A DNA stretch of 64,000 bases from an uncultured delta proteobacterium (GCA_963775425.1 CAVZJB010000009.1:128001-192000), one strand, 5' to 3'; positions 1 through 9,468 are shown, numbered from the stretch's first letter. The notes: generated by a model from the letters alone, not told the origin. Program-made: numbers and translations.

Positions 1-4
1 GCGG

Positions 5-454
5 GTGGGCAAGCGGCTCATGAGCCCCGCCTTGCTGTCGGACGCGGCGCACACGCGCAGCGACGTCGTGGTCACCGTCGGCGTTTCGCTGTCGGCGCTG
101 CTCGTGCGCTTCGGCTTCGTGTGGGTCGACGCCGTCGCCGGCGCCGCCGTCGCGGTCTTCATCGGGATCACGGGCGTGCGCATCGTGAAGGAGAACGCCA
201 GCTACCTCATGGACACCAACCTCGTCGACGTCGACCGCGTCGTCGCCCTCGCGCTCACCGTCGAGGGCGTGCGCGCCGCGCGCGACGTGCGCTCGCGAGG
301 CTCGCCGGGCAACGTGTTCGTGGACATGGCCATCGCCGTCGACGGCGGCGTCCCCGTGGAGCGCGCACACAGCCTGGCCCATCGCGTCGAGGACAGCGTG
401 CGCAAGGAGATCCCGGGGATCGCGGGCGTGCAGGTCCACGTGGAGCCCGCCTAG
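5..454 (+). CDS. Cation diffusion facilitator (FieF-like), 5'-truncated by window edge
   Basis: SDAAHTRSD transport motif, TM helices, C-terminal ZT-dimer domain (RSRGS..VFVDM..AHSLAH..VQVHVEP). Confidence 0.9.
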   Translation: MGKRLMSPALLSDAAHTRSDVVVTVGVSLSALLVRFGFVWVDAVAGAAVAVFIGITGVRIVKENASYLMDTNLVDVDRVVALALTVEGVRAARDVRSRGSPGNVFVDMAIAVDGGVPVERAHSLAHRVEDSVRKEIPGIAGVQVHVEPA

Positions 455-475
455 AGAAGTGACCGCATAGCCGCC

Positions 476-586
476 GTGGAGGGCGGTCGCGCCCGTGACA
501 AGGGCGTGCGCAACAACGAGCTCGACCTGACCGCGCCGCGGCCGTGATCAACCTGCAAGAGATCGCCAAGCTCCGCCGCGCGGCGT
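476..586 (+). pseudogene. Frameshifted C-terminal fragment of an IS1182-like transposase
   Basis: Reads VEGGRARDKGVRNNELDL, then after a 1-nt shift RAAAVINLQEIAKLRRAA; resembles the RARYKG..N..DL....V.NL end of IS1182/IS5-type DDE transposases. Confidence 0.55.
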
Positions 587-700
587 CGCAGAGCCCGCGC
601 CGGGTCCCGTCGTCGGTGCGCACGAGAGCCCTGCACATCGCCACGAAGTCGCCACAGCGACACCGCTCCAAATGCCGACAACGTCGTCACCGCGCCGCGC

Positions 701-1216
701 TCACGGGCATTGCAGGTCGGAAGCCGAGGGATCCGTCGTGGTGCACGCGCGGACGGCGACGTCGACGTCGCCGGTGCGCTGCAGCACCGTGACCGAGCGC
801 AGGGCGAGGGGCCCGGCGCCGTGGCAGGTCTCGGAGGCGCTGGTGGCGACGACGAGGTTCGCGCCGACGGCGAACACCCCGTCGACGTCGACGGTGTCGA
901 GGCGGTCGAGCACGAGGACCTCCTCGTTCGCGAAGTCGACGTCGACGCTGCCCGACGCGCAGGAAAACGAGTCGAGCAGCTCCTGCTCCGAGCCGAACAC
1001 GTGCGCCTGCGTCGCCGACAGCTCCGCGGGGGCGGTGTCGGCGGAGCAGGCGGGGTCGAGGTCGGCGTGGAACGGGAGCCGCTCGACGGGATCGGCCTTG
1101 TCGACGCTGGGCCCGGTGCACGTCGTCTCCGGAGCCGGGGCAGGACCGCCGCACGCCCCAATGAGGGCGAGCACGACGGCGGCGGCGGCGATCGGGAGGG
1201 ATCCGGGGAGGCGCAT
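701..1216 (-). CDS. Hypothetical Cys-containing lipoprotein
   Basis: MRLPGSLPIAAAAVVLALIGA-C lipobox, acidic mature region with several Cys. Confidence 0.7.
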   Translation of the reverse strand: MRLPGSLPIAAAAVVLALIGACGGPAPAPETTCTGPSVDKADPVERLPFHADLDPACSADTAPAELSATQAHVFGSEQELLDSFSCASGSVDVDFANEEVLVLDRLDTVDVDGVFAVGANLVVATSASETCHGAGPLALRSVTVLQRTGDVDVAVRACTTTDPSASDLQCP

Positions 1217-1273
1217 CACCCGACGTTGCCAGGCGCGCGGCCTTCGTGCACCCTCCGGACCTCGGAGGTCTCC

Positions 1274-2719
1274 ATGAGCGTGCTCATCACCGGTGGCCGG
1301 GTGGTCACCGCCACCGACGACTACTTCGCCGACGTCTTCATCGACAACGACACCGTCACCGCCATCGGCAAGGATCTCGCCGGCACGCTGCCGGCGGCCA
1401 AGGGCGCCACCGTCGTCGACGCCAAGGGCAAGCTCGTCATCCCCGGCGGCATCGATCCGCACACGCACATGGACATGCCGTTCGGCGGCACCAGCTCGTC
1501 GGACGACTTCGAGACGGGGACCATCGCCGCGGCGTTCGGCGGCACCACCACCATCGTGGACTTCGCCATCCAGCAAAAGGGCGAGTCCACGCTCAAGGGC
1601 CTCGAGAAGTGGCACCAGAAGGCCGAGGGCAAGGCCACCATCGACTACGGCTTCCACATGATCATCACGGACATGCCCGACGAGCGGCTGCCCGAGATGA
1701 AGCGCCTCAGCGACGAGGGGCTCACGTCGTACAAGCTCTTCATGGCGTATCCCGGCGTGTTCTACGTCGACGACGGCACGCTGTACCGCACCTTCCGCCA
1801 GGCCGGGGAGAACGGCACGCGCATCTCGATGCACGCCGAAAACGGCATCGTCATCGACGAGATCATCAAGGCCGCGGTGAAGGACGGAAAGGTCCAGCCG
1901 AGGTTCCACGCCAAGACGCGACCCACGCGCATGGAGGCGGAGGGCGTGCACCGCGCCATCGCCATCGCCGAGGTGGCGGGCGTGCCGCTGTACATCGTGC
2001 ACTTGTCGTCGGCGGACGCGCTCGAAGAGGTGAAGCTGGCGCGGATGCGGGGCGTGGACGTGCAGGCGGAGACGTGCCCGCAGTACCTCTTCCTCGACGA
2101 GACCTCCTACGACAAGGAGGGCTTCGAGGGCGCCAAGTGGGTGATGACGCCGGCCCTGCGCGAGAAGTGGAACCAGGACGTCCTGTGGCAGGGGCTCAAG
2201 TACAACCACCTCTCGGCGATCGCGACGGACCACTGCCCGTTCTGCTTCAACGGCGCGTGGAAGCCCGGTGACCCGGCGCCGGAGCGGCCGGGCAAGGAGC
2301 TCGGGCGCGAGAGCTTCACCAAGATCCCCAACGGCGCGCCCGGCGTCGAGAACCGCATGGCGCTCATGTACCACGGCGGCGTCGTCGAGGGCCGCATCTC
2401 GCTGAATCGCTTCGTGGAGCTGACGTCGACGTCGGCGGCCAAGACCTTCGGCTTGTTCCCGAAGAAGGGCACCATCGCGGTGGGCAGCGACGCCGACATC
2501 GTGGTCTTCGATCCCAACCGCACCGAGACCATCTCCATCAAGAACGACAAGACGCACCACATGCGGGTCGACTTCTCGGCCTACGAGGGCTTCACGGTGA
2601 AGGGCTACCCCGACACCGTCATCTCCCGCGGCCGCATCATCGTCGACAAGGGCTCTCAGAAGACCAAGGGCGGCGGCCGCTTCATCAAGCGCGCCCGCGC
2701 GAGCGAGCTGCTTCGATGA
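1274..2719 (+). CDS. hydA: Dihydropyrimidinase (D-hydantoinase)
   Basis: PGGIDPHTH, GGTTTIVDF, SYKLFMAY, HAENG, ATDHCPF, IPNGAPGVE motifs; GGAGG RBS at 1264-1268. Confidence 0.95.
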   Translation: MSVLITGGRVVTATDDYFADVFIDNDTVTAIGKDLAGTLPAAKGATVVDAKGKLVIPGGIDPHTHMDMPFGGTSSSDDFETGTIAAAFGGTTTIVDFAIQQKGESTLKGLEKWHQKAEGKATIDYGFHMIITDMPDERLPEMKRLSDEGLTSYKLFMAYPGVFYVDDGTLYRTFRQAGENGTRISMHAENGIVIDEIIKAAVKDGKVQPRFHAKTRPTRMEAEGVHRAIAIAEVAGVPLYIVHLSSADALEEVKLARMRGVDVQAETCPQYLFLDETSYDKEGFEGAKWVMTPALREKWNQDVLWQGLKYNHLSAIATDHCPFCFNGAWKPGDPAPERPGKELGRESFTKIPNGAPGVENRMALMYHGGVVEGRISLNRFVELTSTSAAKTFGLFPKKGTIAVGSDADIVVFDPNRTETISIKNDKTHHMRVDFSAYEGFTVKGYPDTVISRGRIIVDKGSQKTKGGGRFIKRARASELLR

Positions 2720-3855
2720 CGAAGAAGCGTCCGTCGAAGAAGAAGCGCCCCGCGGCCAAGAAGGCCCGCGTGTCGAAGAAGAAGGCGCGGACGTCGTCGC
2801 AGAAGAAGAAGAAAGTGCGCACGTCGTCCAAGAAGAAGGCGCGGACGTCGTCGAAGAAGAAGAAGAAAGCGCGCGCGCCGTCGAAGAAGAAGGCGACGGC
2901 CGCGAAGCGGCGCGCGGGCACGAAGAAGCGCACCGCGAAGCGGACGGGCAGGCGCTCCCCCTCGAGGCCGGCGCGCGCGTATCGGATCGGCACGGCCGCC
3001 TGGTCGCGTGACGGCCGCGTGTTGGCCACGGCGGCGGGCAAGCGCATCTACGTCTGGGACGTGAGCCGCGCAGCGCCCAAGAAGATCGGGAGCTTCCTGA
3101 CGCAGGTGGACGCGTCGCGCATCGCCGTCGACGCCGACGGCTCGCGCGTCGCCGCCGCCGTCGCCGGCTTCTCGGAGGTGCGGATCCGCGCGGCGTCCAC
3201 CGGCGCGCTGCTGCACGAGATCCACGCCCGCGGCGCCGTCACCTGCTTCGGCTTCGCCCCCGACGGCCGCTTCGTCCTCGGCGAGGTCGAGCGCATCGGC
3301 GAGCAGGGCCTTCACGCGCGCAGCTACGTCACGCTCGTCGACCTCCTCACGGGCGCGGAGCTGTTCCGCACGGCGGTCATCGACCTGCCCATCCGCGAGA
3401 TCGCGTTTTCGGCCGACGGCCTGCTTTTGTTCCTCGGCTTCGGCGGGGGCATCGTCGTGGTCTTCGACCTCGAGGCGCGCCGCGAGCTGTTTCGCTTCCC
3501 GTCTCTCGACGAGCGCGAGATCGGCGCGCGCATCGCCGCCGCGTTCGCCTTCAGCCGCGACGGCCAGCGCGCCGCCATCGGCTACGACAACACCGTCGAG
3601 GTGTGGCCCATCGACGGCGGCGATCGCCTCGCGCGCATCGACCTCGGGACCAAGGCGTGGTCCGTCGCGCTCACCGACCGCGGCGACGCCGTCATCGCCG
3701 GCGCCCCCGCGTCGGGCGTGTGGTCGCTGCAGGGCAAGAAGGTGGCGTCGCTCGACGTCGCCCACCCCGTGGTGGCCAGCCCCGACGGCAAGCGCGTGCT
3801 CGTCGGCGAGCGCATCAACCTGAAGAAGGGCCCCGCGCTCGCCCCGGCCGCCTGA
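2716..3855 (+). CDS. WD40/YVTN-type beta-propeller protein with Lys/Arg-rich histone-H1-like N-terminal tail
   Basis: ~80 aa of KKKARTSS-type repeats, then blades (AWSRDGRVLATAAG..IYVWD, FAPDGRF, FSADG, FSRDGQR, SPDGKRV); ATGA overlap with hydA stop. Confidence 0.75.
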   Translation: MTKKRPSKKKRPAAKKARVSKKKARTSSQKKKKVRTSSKKKARTSSKKKKKARAPSKKKATAAKRRAGTKKRTAKRTGRRSPSRPARAYRIGTAAWSRDGRVLATAAGKRIYVWDVSRAAPKKIGSFLTQVDASRIAVDADGSRVAAAVAGFSEVRIRAASTGALLHEIHARGAVTCFGFAPDGRFVLGEVERIGEQGLHARSYVTLVDLLTGAELFRTAVIDLPIREIAFSADGLLLFLGFGGGIVVVFDLEARRELFRFPSLDEREIGARIAAAFAFSRDGQRAAIGYDNTVEVWPIDGGDRLARIDLGTKAWSVALTDRGDAVIAGAPASGVWSLQGKKVASLDVAHPVVASPDGKRVLVGERINLKKGPALAPAA

Positions 3856-3959
3856 GTCGTCGCCGTCCCTGATCGCCCCGCGCGTTCGACGAGGACCGGC
3901 GCCGCTGACCCCGCGACGGCGCGCTTGCATTCGTCCGCGAGATGCCTATCGTCCGGCCC

Positions 3960-4367
3960 ATGAAGCGCCTCATCCCCTTCGCTGTCGTCATCGCTGCTGC
4001 CGCACTCACGGGCCTCGCCGGCTGTCACCCCGAGGGCTCGAAGGACCAGGGGAGCGCCGGGGTCCCCGCCCGCGGCGAGGGCGGCTGGTACGACGGCCAC
4101 GTGAAGCTGCCGGCCGCGGCGGACACCCCGCCCTCGGCGGAGCCGACGCCGTTCGACGCCGCCAAGGCCGCCGCCGCGCCGACGCTGCCTCCGGCCACCG
4201 TGGCCCCCGGTCCGTCGACGCCGACCGCCGCCGCCCCAGCCGCTGCCGCTCCGGCCGGCGCCGCTCCTGCGGCCGCTGCCGCTCCGGCAGGCGCCGCTCC
4301 GGCCGCTGCCGCCGCTGCGCCCCCGGCGGCGAAGCCCGCGACGCCGGCTCCGGCGGCGACGCCGTAG
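3960..4367 (+). CDS. Small lipoprotein with Ala/Pro-rich repetitive tail
   Basis: MKRLIPFAVVIAAAALTGLAG-C lipobox; AAAAPAGAAP repeats. Confidence 0.75.
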   Translation: MKRLIPFAVVIAAAALTGLAGCHPEGSKDQGSAGVPARGEGGWYDGHVKLPAAADTPPSAEPTPFDAAKAAAAPTLPPATVAPGPSTPTAAAPAAAAPAGAAPAAAAAPAGAAPAAAAAAPPAAKPATPAPAATP

Positions 4368-4403
4368 CGACGCAGGCTCCGGCGACGCCGGAGCGACGCT
4401 GGC

Positions 4404-4437
4404 GATCAAGCGCGGCCGCTCCCTCCGGTCGCTGATC
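4404..4437. repeat. Dispersed ~35-bp GATC-bounded repeat, copy 1
   Basis: gatcaagcgcggccgctccctccggtcgctgatc is near-identical to the reverse complement of 16639-16673. Confidence 0.75.
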
Positions 4438-4500
4438 AGCGGCGGGAGCGATCACGCGGCGGGAGCGATCACGCGGCGGGAGCGCTCACGCGGCGGGAGC
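4434..4500. repeat. 17-bp tandem repeat (about 4 copies) overlapping the NCS1 stop codon
   Basis: Unit gatcacgcggcgggagc at 4434 (16 bp), 4450, 4467 and 4484 (one substitution). Confidence 0.9.
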
Positions 4501-6150
4501 GCTCGCGCGCGGCATCAGCTTGGTCCCGATCAGGTAGATGCCGCCGGCGATCAAGAAGCCCGTGAACCAGGCGTAGGGATAGATGGCGTCGAAGAAGCCG
4601 CCGGCGCCGTCGATGACGTGCGCGCTGGCGAGAAAGCCCGGCACGTTCGGCGCAATGCCGGCGACGAGCGCCACCATCGCCACCGGGTTCACGCCGGAGT
4701 AGCGGCCGGTGCGCATGCCCTCGCGGCCGACGCTGCCTTCGAGGATGAAGGCCAGGAAGCGGACGACCGGGATGCGGCTCAGCACCCGCACGACCGAGGC
4801 CAGCACCGGCGTGCTCCCGGGCCGGTAGAGGTCGCCGACGTCGAGCTCGCGCTTCCGCACAATCCAGTAGTCGGCGATCATGATGCCGGCGATGGGCCCG
4901 AGGAGCGCCGAGTAGCCCACGAGCCAGTTGAAGATGTACGTGTCCGCCGACGCCAGCAGCTTCCACGGCATGAGCAGGATGCCGAGCACGCCGGTGATGA
5001 GCCCGCCCATCTTGAACGAGATGTGCTTCGGCGCGAGGTTGGCGAAGTCGTTGGCGGGGCTGACGACGTTGGCGGCGATGTTCACCGACACCGTGGCGAT
5101 GCCGACGCCGACCAGCGACACCACCGCGACCAGCAGGCGCACCCCGTCGGACGCGATGAGCGGAGCCTCGAGGCCGGCGGGCGCCGTGCTCGACGTGATC
5201 TGCGAGAGCACGAACACCGGGTCCCACAGCTTGCCCGGGTCCACGCCGGTGAGGAGCGCCTGCGACGCGCTCGTCACGACGACGCCCATCGCCGAAAACG
5301 CGATCATCGTCGTCGGCAGGCCCAGCACCTGGCCGAGCATCTGTTCTTTCTGGCCTTTGCCGAAGCGCGTGAAGTCCGGGATGTTCAACGAGAGCGTGGC
5401 CCAAAAGCCAATCATGCCCGTCAGCGACGGGATGAAGACCTTCCAGAACGCGCCGACGGTCTCGAACTTGGACGGCTGCGTCAGCATCGGCCCGAGGCCG
5501 CCCGCCTTGACGACGACGAAGGCGAGCAGGCCGCCGGCCAGGACGAGGACGATGGGCGCCGCCCAGTTCTCGAAGACGCGCACCGCGTTCATGCCGCGGA
5601 AGATGATGAAGACGTTCAGGCCCCAAAACAGGAAGAACGTGATGGCCGACGGCAGCGTGAGGCCGGCGAACGACGCGCCGCCGCCGAGGTTGGCGTATCC
5701 GGGCCACAGGGCTTCCACGAAGGTCTTCACGGCTTCGCCGCCGATGAACGTCTGGATGCCGAACCAGCCGCACGCGACGATGGCGCGCAGGACGGCGGCG
5801 ACGTTGGCACCGGCGGTGCCGAACGAGGCGCGCGCGAACACGGGGAACGGGATGCCGTAGCGGGTGCCCGCGTGCGCGTTCAGCAGGATGGGCACGAGCA
5901 CGATGATGTTGCCGAGCCCGACCGTGAAGAGCGCCTGCCACCAGTTCATGCCCGCGGCGACCAGGCCGCCGGCGAGCATGTACGTGGGGATGCAGTGCGC
6001 CATGGAGATCCACAGGGCGGCGAAGTTGTACGTCGTCCACGTCCGGCGCGACGCGGGCACCGGCGCCAGGTCGGGGTTGAACAGCGGGCTGTCCTTGACG
6101 TCGGCGGGGAGACCTTCGAGCGCCTCCGCCACGAATGCGGGATCGTGCAT
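4486..6150 (-). CDS. NCS1 family nucleobase:cation symporter (uracil/hydantoin permease)
   Basis: NPDLAP..RRTWTTYNFAALW, GTRYGIPFPV, GFWATLSLNIPDFTRF, NIAANVVSPANDF; ~12 TM; lies within pyrimidine catabolism cluster. Confidence 0.93.
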   Translation of the reverse strand: MHDPAFVAEALEGLPADVKDSPLFNPDLAPVPASRRTWTTYNFAALWISMAHCIPTYMLAGGLVAAGMNWWQALFTVGLGNIIVLVPILLNAHAGTRYGIPFPVFARASFGTAGANVAAVLRAIVACGWFGIQTFIGGEAVKTFVEALWPGYANLGGGASFAGLTLPSAITFFLFWGLNVFIIFRGMNAVRVFENWAAPIVLVLAGGLLAFVVVKAGGLGPMLTQPSKFETVGAFWKVFIPSLTGMIGFWATLSLNIPDFTRFGKGQKEQMLGQVLGLPTTMIAFSAMGVVVTSASQALLTGVDPGKLWDPVFVLSQITSSTAPAGLEAPLIASDGVRLLVAVVSLVGVGIATVSVNIAANVVSPANDFANLAPKHISFKMGGLITGVLGILLMPWKLLASADTYIFNWLVGYSALLGPIAGIMIADYWIVRKRELDVGDLYRPGSTPVLASVVRVLSRIPVVRFLAFILEGSVGREGMRTGRYSGVNPVAMVALVAGIAPNVPGFLASAHVIDGAGGFFDAIYPYAWFTGFLIAGGIYLIGTKLMPRASAPAA

Positions 6151-6214
6151 GGCGTCACTGGTAGCGGCGCCGACCTCGGTTGCAAACCGCCTCGCCGCCG
6201 GCCACAAGGAGGAC

Positions 6215-6508
6215 GTGCTCGCCGCGCTCCTCATCACGGGCCTCGCCGTCGTCTCTCCCGGGCGCGCGACGCCCCGCGTCGAGCTCGCGCACGCAACCCG
6301 CCCGCTGCCGACGTCGGCGCAGGCCGGCCTCGAGCTCGCGGGCGCCGGCGCCGCGGTCTTGTGGATCCGCCACGTCGTCGTCGACGCGCGCACGCGCGGG
6401 CAGGAGGCGGAGGCCGTCGACCTCGTCACCGGTCCTTTGCCCTTCGGCGCCTTCCCGGCGGTCATCGTTCCGCTCGCGCGCGCGGCGCACCTGTTGCCGT
6501 CGGAGTAG
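6215..6508 (+). CDS. Small hypothetical protein
   Basis: AAGGAGG just upstream of GTG; hydrophobic N-terminus; fills gap before preT. Confidence 0.35.
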   Translation: MLAALLITGLAVVSPGRATPRVELAHATRPLPTSAQAGLELAGAGAAVLWIRHVVVDARTRGQEAEAVDLVTGPLPFGAFPAVIVPLARAAHLLPSE

Positions 6509-6556
6509 CGGGGACAGCCCGGTTGATTCTTCGCGGGGTCGACGTAGAACGCGACC

Positions 6557-7870
6557 ATGAAGACCGGCTCGAACCTCTCCGCCGCCGACATCGCGCACAA
6601 CTTCGCCGAGATCGCGCCCGCGCTGAACAAGGCGGAGGCGTTCGCGGAGAGCAACCGCTGCCTCATGTGCTACGACGCGCCTTGCACCATCGCGTGCCCG
6701 ACGCACATCGACGTGCCCGCGTTCATCAAGAAGATCCACAACGACAACCTCAAGGGCGCGGCCCGCGTCATCCTCGACGCCAACCCCATGGGGCACTCCT
6801 GCGCGCGCGCGTGCCCGGTGGAGGCGCTGTGCGAGGGCAGCTGCGTGATGAACCACCAGCAGATGAAGCCCATCGAGATCGCGCGGCTGCAGCGCTATGC
6901 CACGGACGCCGCGCTCGAAAACGACTGGAAGCTCTTCGAGCCCGGCCCCGCCACGGGCAAGAGCATCGGCATCGTCGGCGCCGGCCCCGCCGGGCTGTCG
7001 TGCGCGCAGGACCTGCGCCGCGCCGGCCACGCCGTCGTCGTGTACGACGCCAAGCAGAAGCCCGGCGGCCTCAACACCTACGGCATCGCGCAGTACAAGC
7101 TCACGCCGGAGACGGCGCTGGCCGAGGCCAAGATGGTCGAGGCGCTCGGCGTCGAGATCAAGACGGGCGTCGTCGTCGGCAAGGACGTCTCGTGGGACGA
7201 CCTGTTGAAGAAGCACGACGCGGTGTTCCTCGGCATGGGCCTCGGCGCCACGCAGAACCTGGGCATCCCCGGCGAGGACCTCACGGGCGTCGTCGACGCG
7301 CTCACCTTCATCGAGCACTTGAAGGAGAAGCCCTACGGGGCGTTCAAGGTGCAGGCGCGCGTGCTCGTCATCGGCGCGGGCAACACGGCGGTCGACGCCG
7401 CCACGCAGGCGCGCCGGCTCGGCGCGGAGCACGTGAGCTTCGTGTACCGGCGCGACGAGGCGGCGGCGCCCGCCTACGAGTACGAGCTCGACATCGCCAG
7501 GAAAGACGGCTGCGAGTTCATCTGGCGCACGGTGCCCGTGGCCGTCGAGGGCCAAAACGGCCGGGTCACCGGCCTTCGCTGCGTGCGCGTGAACGACAAG
7601 CTCGAGCCGCAAGACGGCTCGGAGCACGTCATCCCGTGCGACCTCGTCATCAAGGCGCTCGGGCAGCAGAAGCGCAAGGCGATGCTCGGGCAGGTCCCCG
7701 GCCTGGTGCTCGACGGCGCCGGCCGCGTCGTCGTGCAGGCCAACGGGCAGACCACCAACGAGAAGGTCTTCGCCGGCGGCGACTGCATCAACGGCGGCAA
7801 GGAGATCGTGAACGCCGCCGCCGACGGCAAGCGCGCCGCCCACGCCATCGACGTGTTCCTGCGCGTGTGA
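6557..7870 (+). CDS. preT: NAD-dependent dihydropyrimidine dehydrogenase subunit PreT (GltD-like)
   Basis: RCLMCYDAPCTIACP Fe-S motif, CARACP..LCEGSC, GAGPAG and GAGNTA dinucleotide motifs. Confidence 0.92.
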   Translation: MKTGSNLSAADIAHNFAEIAPALNKAEAFAESNRCLMCYDAPCTIACPTHIDVPAFIKKIHNDNLKGAARVILDANPMGHSCARACPVEALCEGSCVMNHQQMKPIEIARLQRYATDAALENDWKLFEPGPATGKSIGIVGAGPAGLSCAQDLRRAGHAVVVYDAKQKPGGLNTYGIAQYKLTPETALAEAKMVEALGVEIKTGVVVGKDVSWDDLLKKHDAVFLGMGLGATQNLGIPGEDLTGVVDALTFIEHLKEKPYGAFKVQARVLVIGAGNTAVDAATQARRLGAEHVSFVYRRDEAAAPAYEYELDIARKDGCEFIWRTVPVAVEGQNGRVTGLRCVRVNDKLEPQDGSEHVIPCDLVIKALGQQKRKAMLGQVPGLVLDGAGRVVVQANGQTTNEKVFAGGDCINGGKEIVNAAADGKRAAHAIDVFLRV

Positions 7871-7923
7871 GCTCGGCGCTTTTGACGGGTTGCACGGCGA
7901 TGCGGCTTCGATAGCGTCGGGCC

Positions 7924-9240
7924 ATGGTCGACCTCACCGCCAACCTCGCCGGCATCGTGTCCCCGAACCCCTTCTGGCTTGCGTCGGCGCCGCCCACCAA
8001 CACCTACGGGCAGGTCGCGCGCGCGTTCGACAACGGCTGGGGCGGCGCGGTGTGGAAGACCATCGGCCAGCCCATCATCAACGTCTACTCACGCTACGGC
8101 GGGCTCGACTCGGGCACGCAGAAGCTCATCGGCCTCAACAACATCGAGCTCATCACGGACCGTCCCATCGAGGACAACATCAAGGAGATGAAGCTCGTCA
8201 AGAAGCGCTACCCCAAGCACGCGCTCATCGCGTCGCTCATGGTGGAGTCAAACCGCGAAGCGTGGCACGAGATCGTGAAGCGCACGCAGGGTGAGACCGG
8301 CTGCGACGGCTTCGAGCTCAACTTCGGCTGCCCGCACGGCATGAGCGAGCGCGGCATGGGCGCCGCCGTGGGTCAGGTGCCCGAGTACTGCCAGCAGATC
8401 GTGGAGTGGGTGAAGGAGGTCTCCTCCATCCCCGTCATCACCAAGCTCACGCCCAACGTCGCCGACGTCACCTATCCGGCCCGGGCCGCAAAGGCAGCCA
8501 AGACCGACGCCGTCAGCCTCATCAACACCGTCAACTCCATCATCAGCGTCGATCTCGACCTCATGGCGCCCAGGCCGAGCGTCGCGGGCAAGGGATCGCA
8601 CGGGGGCTACTGCGGCCCGGCGGTGAAGCCCATCGCGCTCAACATGATCTCGTCCATCGCCGCGGACCCGGAGCTCGCCGGGCTCCCCGTCTCCGGCATC
8701 GGCGGCGTGTCCACGTGGAAGGACGCGGCGGAGTTCATCGCGCTCGGCTGCACCAACGTGCAGGTGTGCACGGCGGTCATGCACTACGGCTTCCGCATCG
8801 TCGAGGACATGATCGACGGCCTCTCGTCGTGGATGGAGTCCAAGGGCTACTCGAAGCTCGCGGACTTCCAGGGCAAGGCCGTGTCCACCGTGCAGAAGTG
8901 GGAGAACCTCGACCTCAACTACTTCACCCGCGCGCACATCGACGAGGACAAGTGCATCGGCTGCGAGCTCTGCTACATCGCCTGCGAAGACGGCGCGCAC
9001 CAGGCGCTGCGCCTCGTCACGCGCACGACGCCTGCCGGCGAGGCCCTGCGGCGCGTCGAGGTCAAAGAGGACATGTGCGTCGGCTGCAACCTGTGCTCGC
9101 TCGTGTGCCCCGTGCCGGACTGCATCAGCATGAAGCAAATCCCGAGCGGCGGCGCGCCCACCACCTGGAAGCAGTTCGCCGGGGGGCAGGGAAAGCTCGC
9201 CGAGCGCCCGCAGCACTACACGGACGTCGACGAGGCGTAG
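7924..9240 (+). CDS. preA: NAD-dependent dihydropyrimidine dehydrogenase subunit PreA
   Basis: NPFWLASAPPT, GLNNIELITDR, ELNFGCPHGMSERGMG, KLTPN, C-terminal 2x[4Fe-4S] (CIGCELC, CVGCNLC). Confidence 0.95.
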   Translation: MVDLTANLAGIVSPNPFWLASAPPTNTYGQVARAFDNGWGGAVWKTIGQPIINVYSRYGGLDSGTQKLIGLNNIELITDRPIEDNIKEMKLVKKRYPKHALIASLMVESNREAWHEIVKRTQGETGCDGFELNFGCPHGMSERGMGAAVGQVPEYCQQIVEWVKEVSSIPVITKLTPNVADVTYPARAAKAAKTDAVSLINTVNSIISVDLDLMAPRPSVAGKGSHGGYCGPAVKPIALNMISSIAADPELAGLPVSGIGGVSTWKDAAEFIALGCTNVQVCTAVMHYGFRIVEDMIDGLSSWMESKGYSKLADFQGKAVSTVQKWENLDLNYFTRAHIDEDKCIGCELCYIACEDGAHQALRLVTRTTPAGEALRRVEVKEDMCVGCNLCSLVCPVPDCISMKQIPSGGAPTTWKQFAGGQGKLAERPQHYTDVDEA

Positions 9241-9243
9241 CCC

Positions 9244-9468
9244 CTACGGCTCGGGGTCGCCCTCGGCGGAGTTGACGACCTCGTCGAAGAAGCCGGCGAA
9301 CGCGGGGCGCTCGTCCTGCCGCACGACGCCTGCGCGCTTGAGCCACTGGATGGCCTCGAGCAGCTCGCCGTCCTGCTCGGTGTCAGGCTGGGTGTCAGGG
9401 CGAACGTCGTCGTCGTCCTCTGCGGGCAGGGGCGGCGGATGGGGCTTGTGCACGCTCATCGTGGTCAT
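9244..9468 (-). CDS. Small acidic hypothetical protein (74 aa)
   Basis: MTTMSVHKPHPPP..ELLEAIQWLKRAGVV; GAGGG RBS; sigma54-like site upstream. Confidence 0.6.
   Translation of the reverse strand: MTTMSVHKPHPPPLPAEDDDDVRPDTQPDTEQDGELLEAIQWLKRAGVVRQDERPAFAGFFDEVVNSAEGDPEP

Noticed and set aside
4434-4500. Possible mini-CRISPR array
   Set aside because: Units are contiguous with no spacers, only 17 bp long, and no cas genes are present
4618-7914. 1098-aa plus-strand ORF and many other long overlapping ORFs (e.g. 20463-22724, 28815-31355, 33794-36742, 44980-46941)
   Set aside because: Arg/Gly/Ala-rich shadow frames expected at this GC content; each overlaps a recognisable gene in another frame or strand
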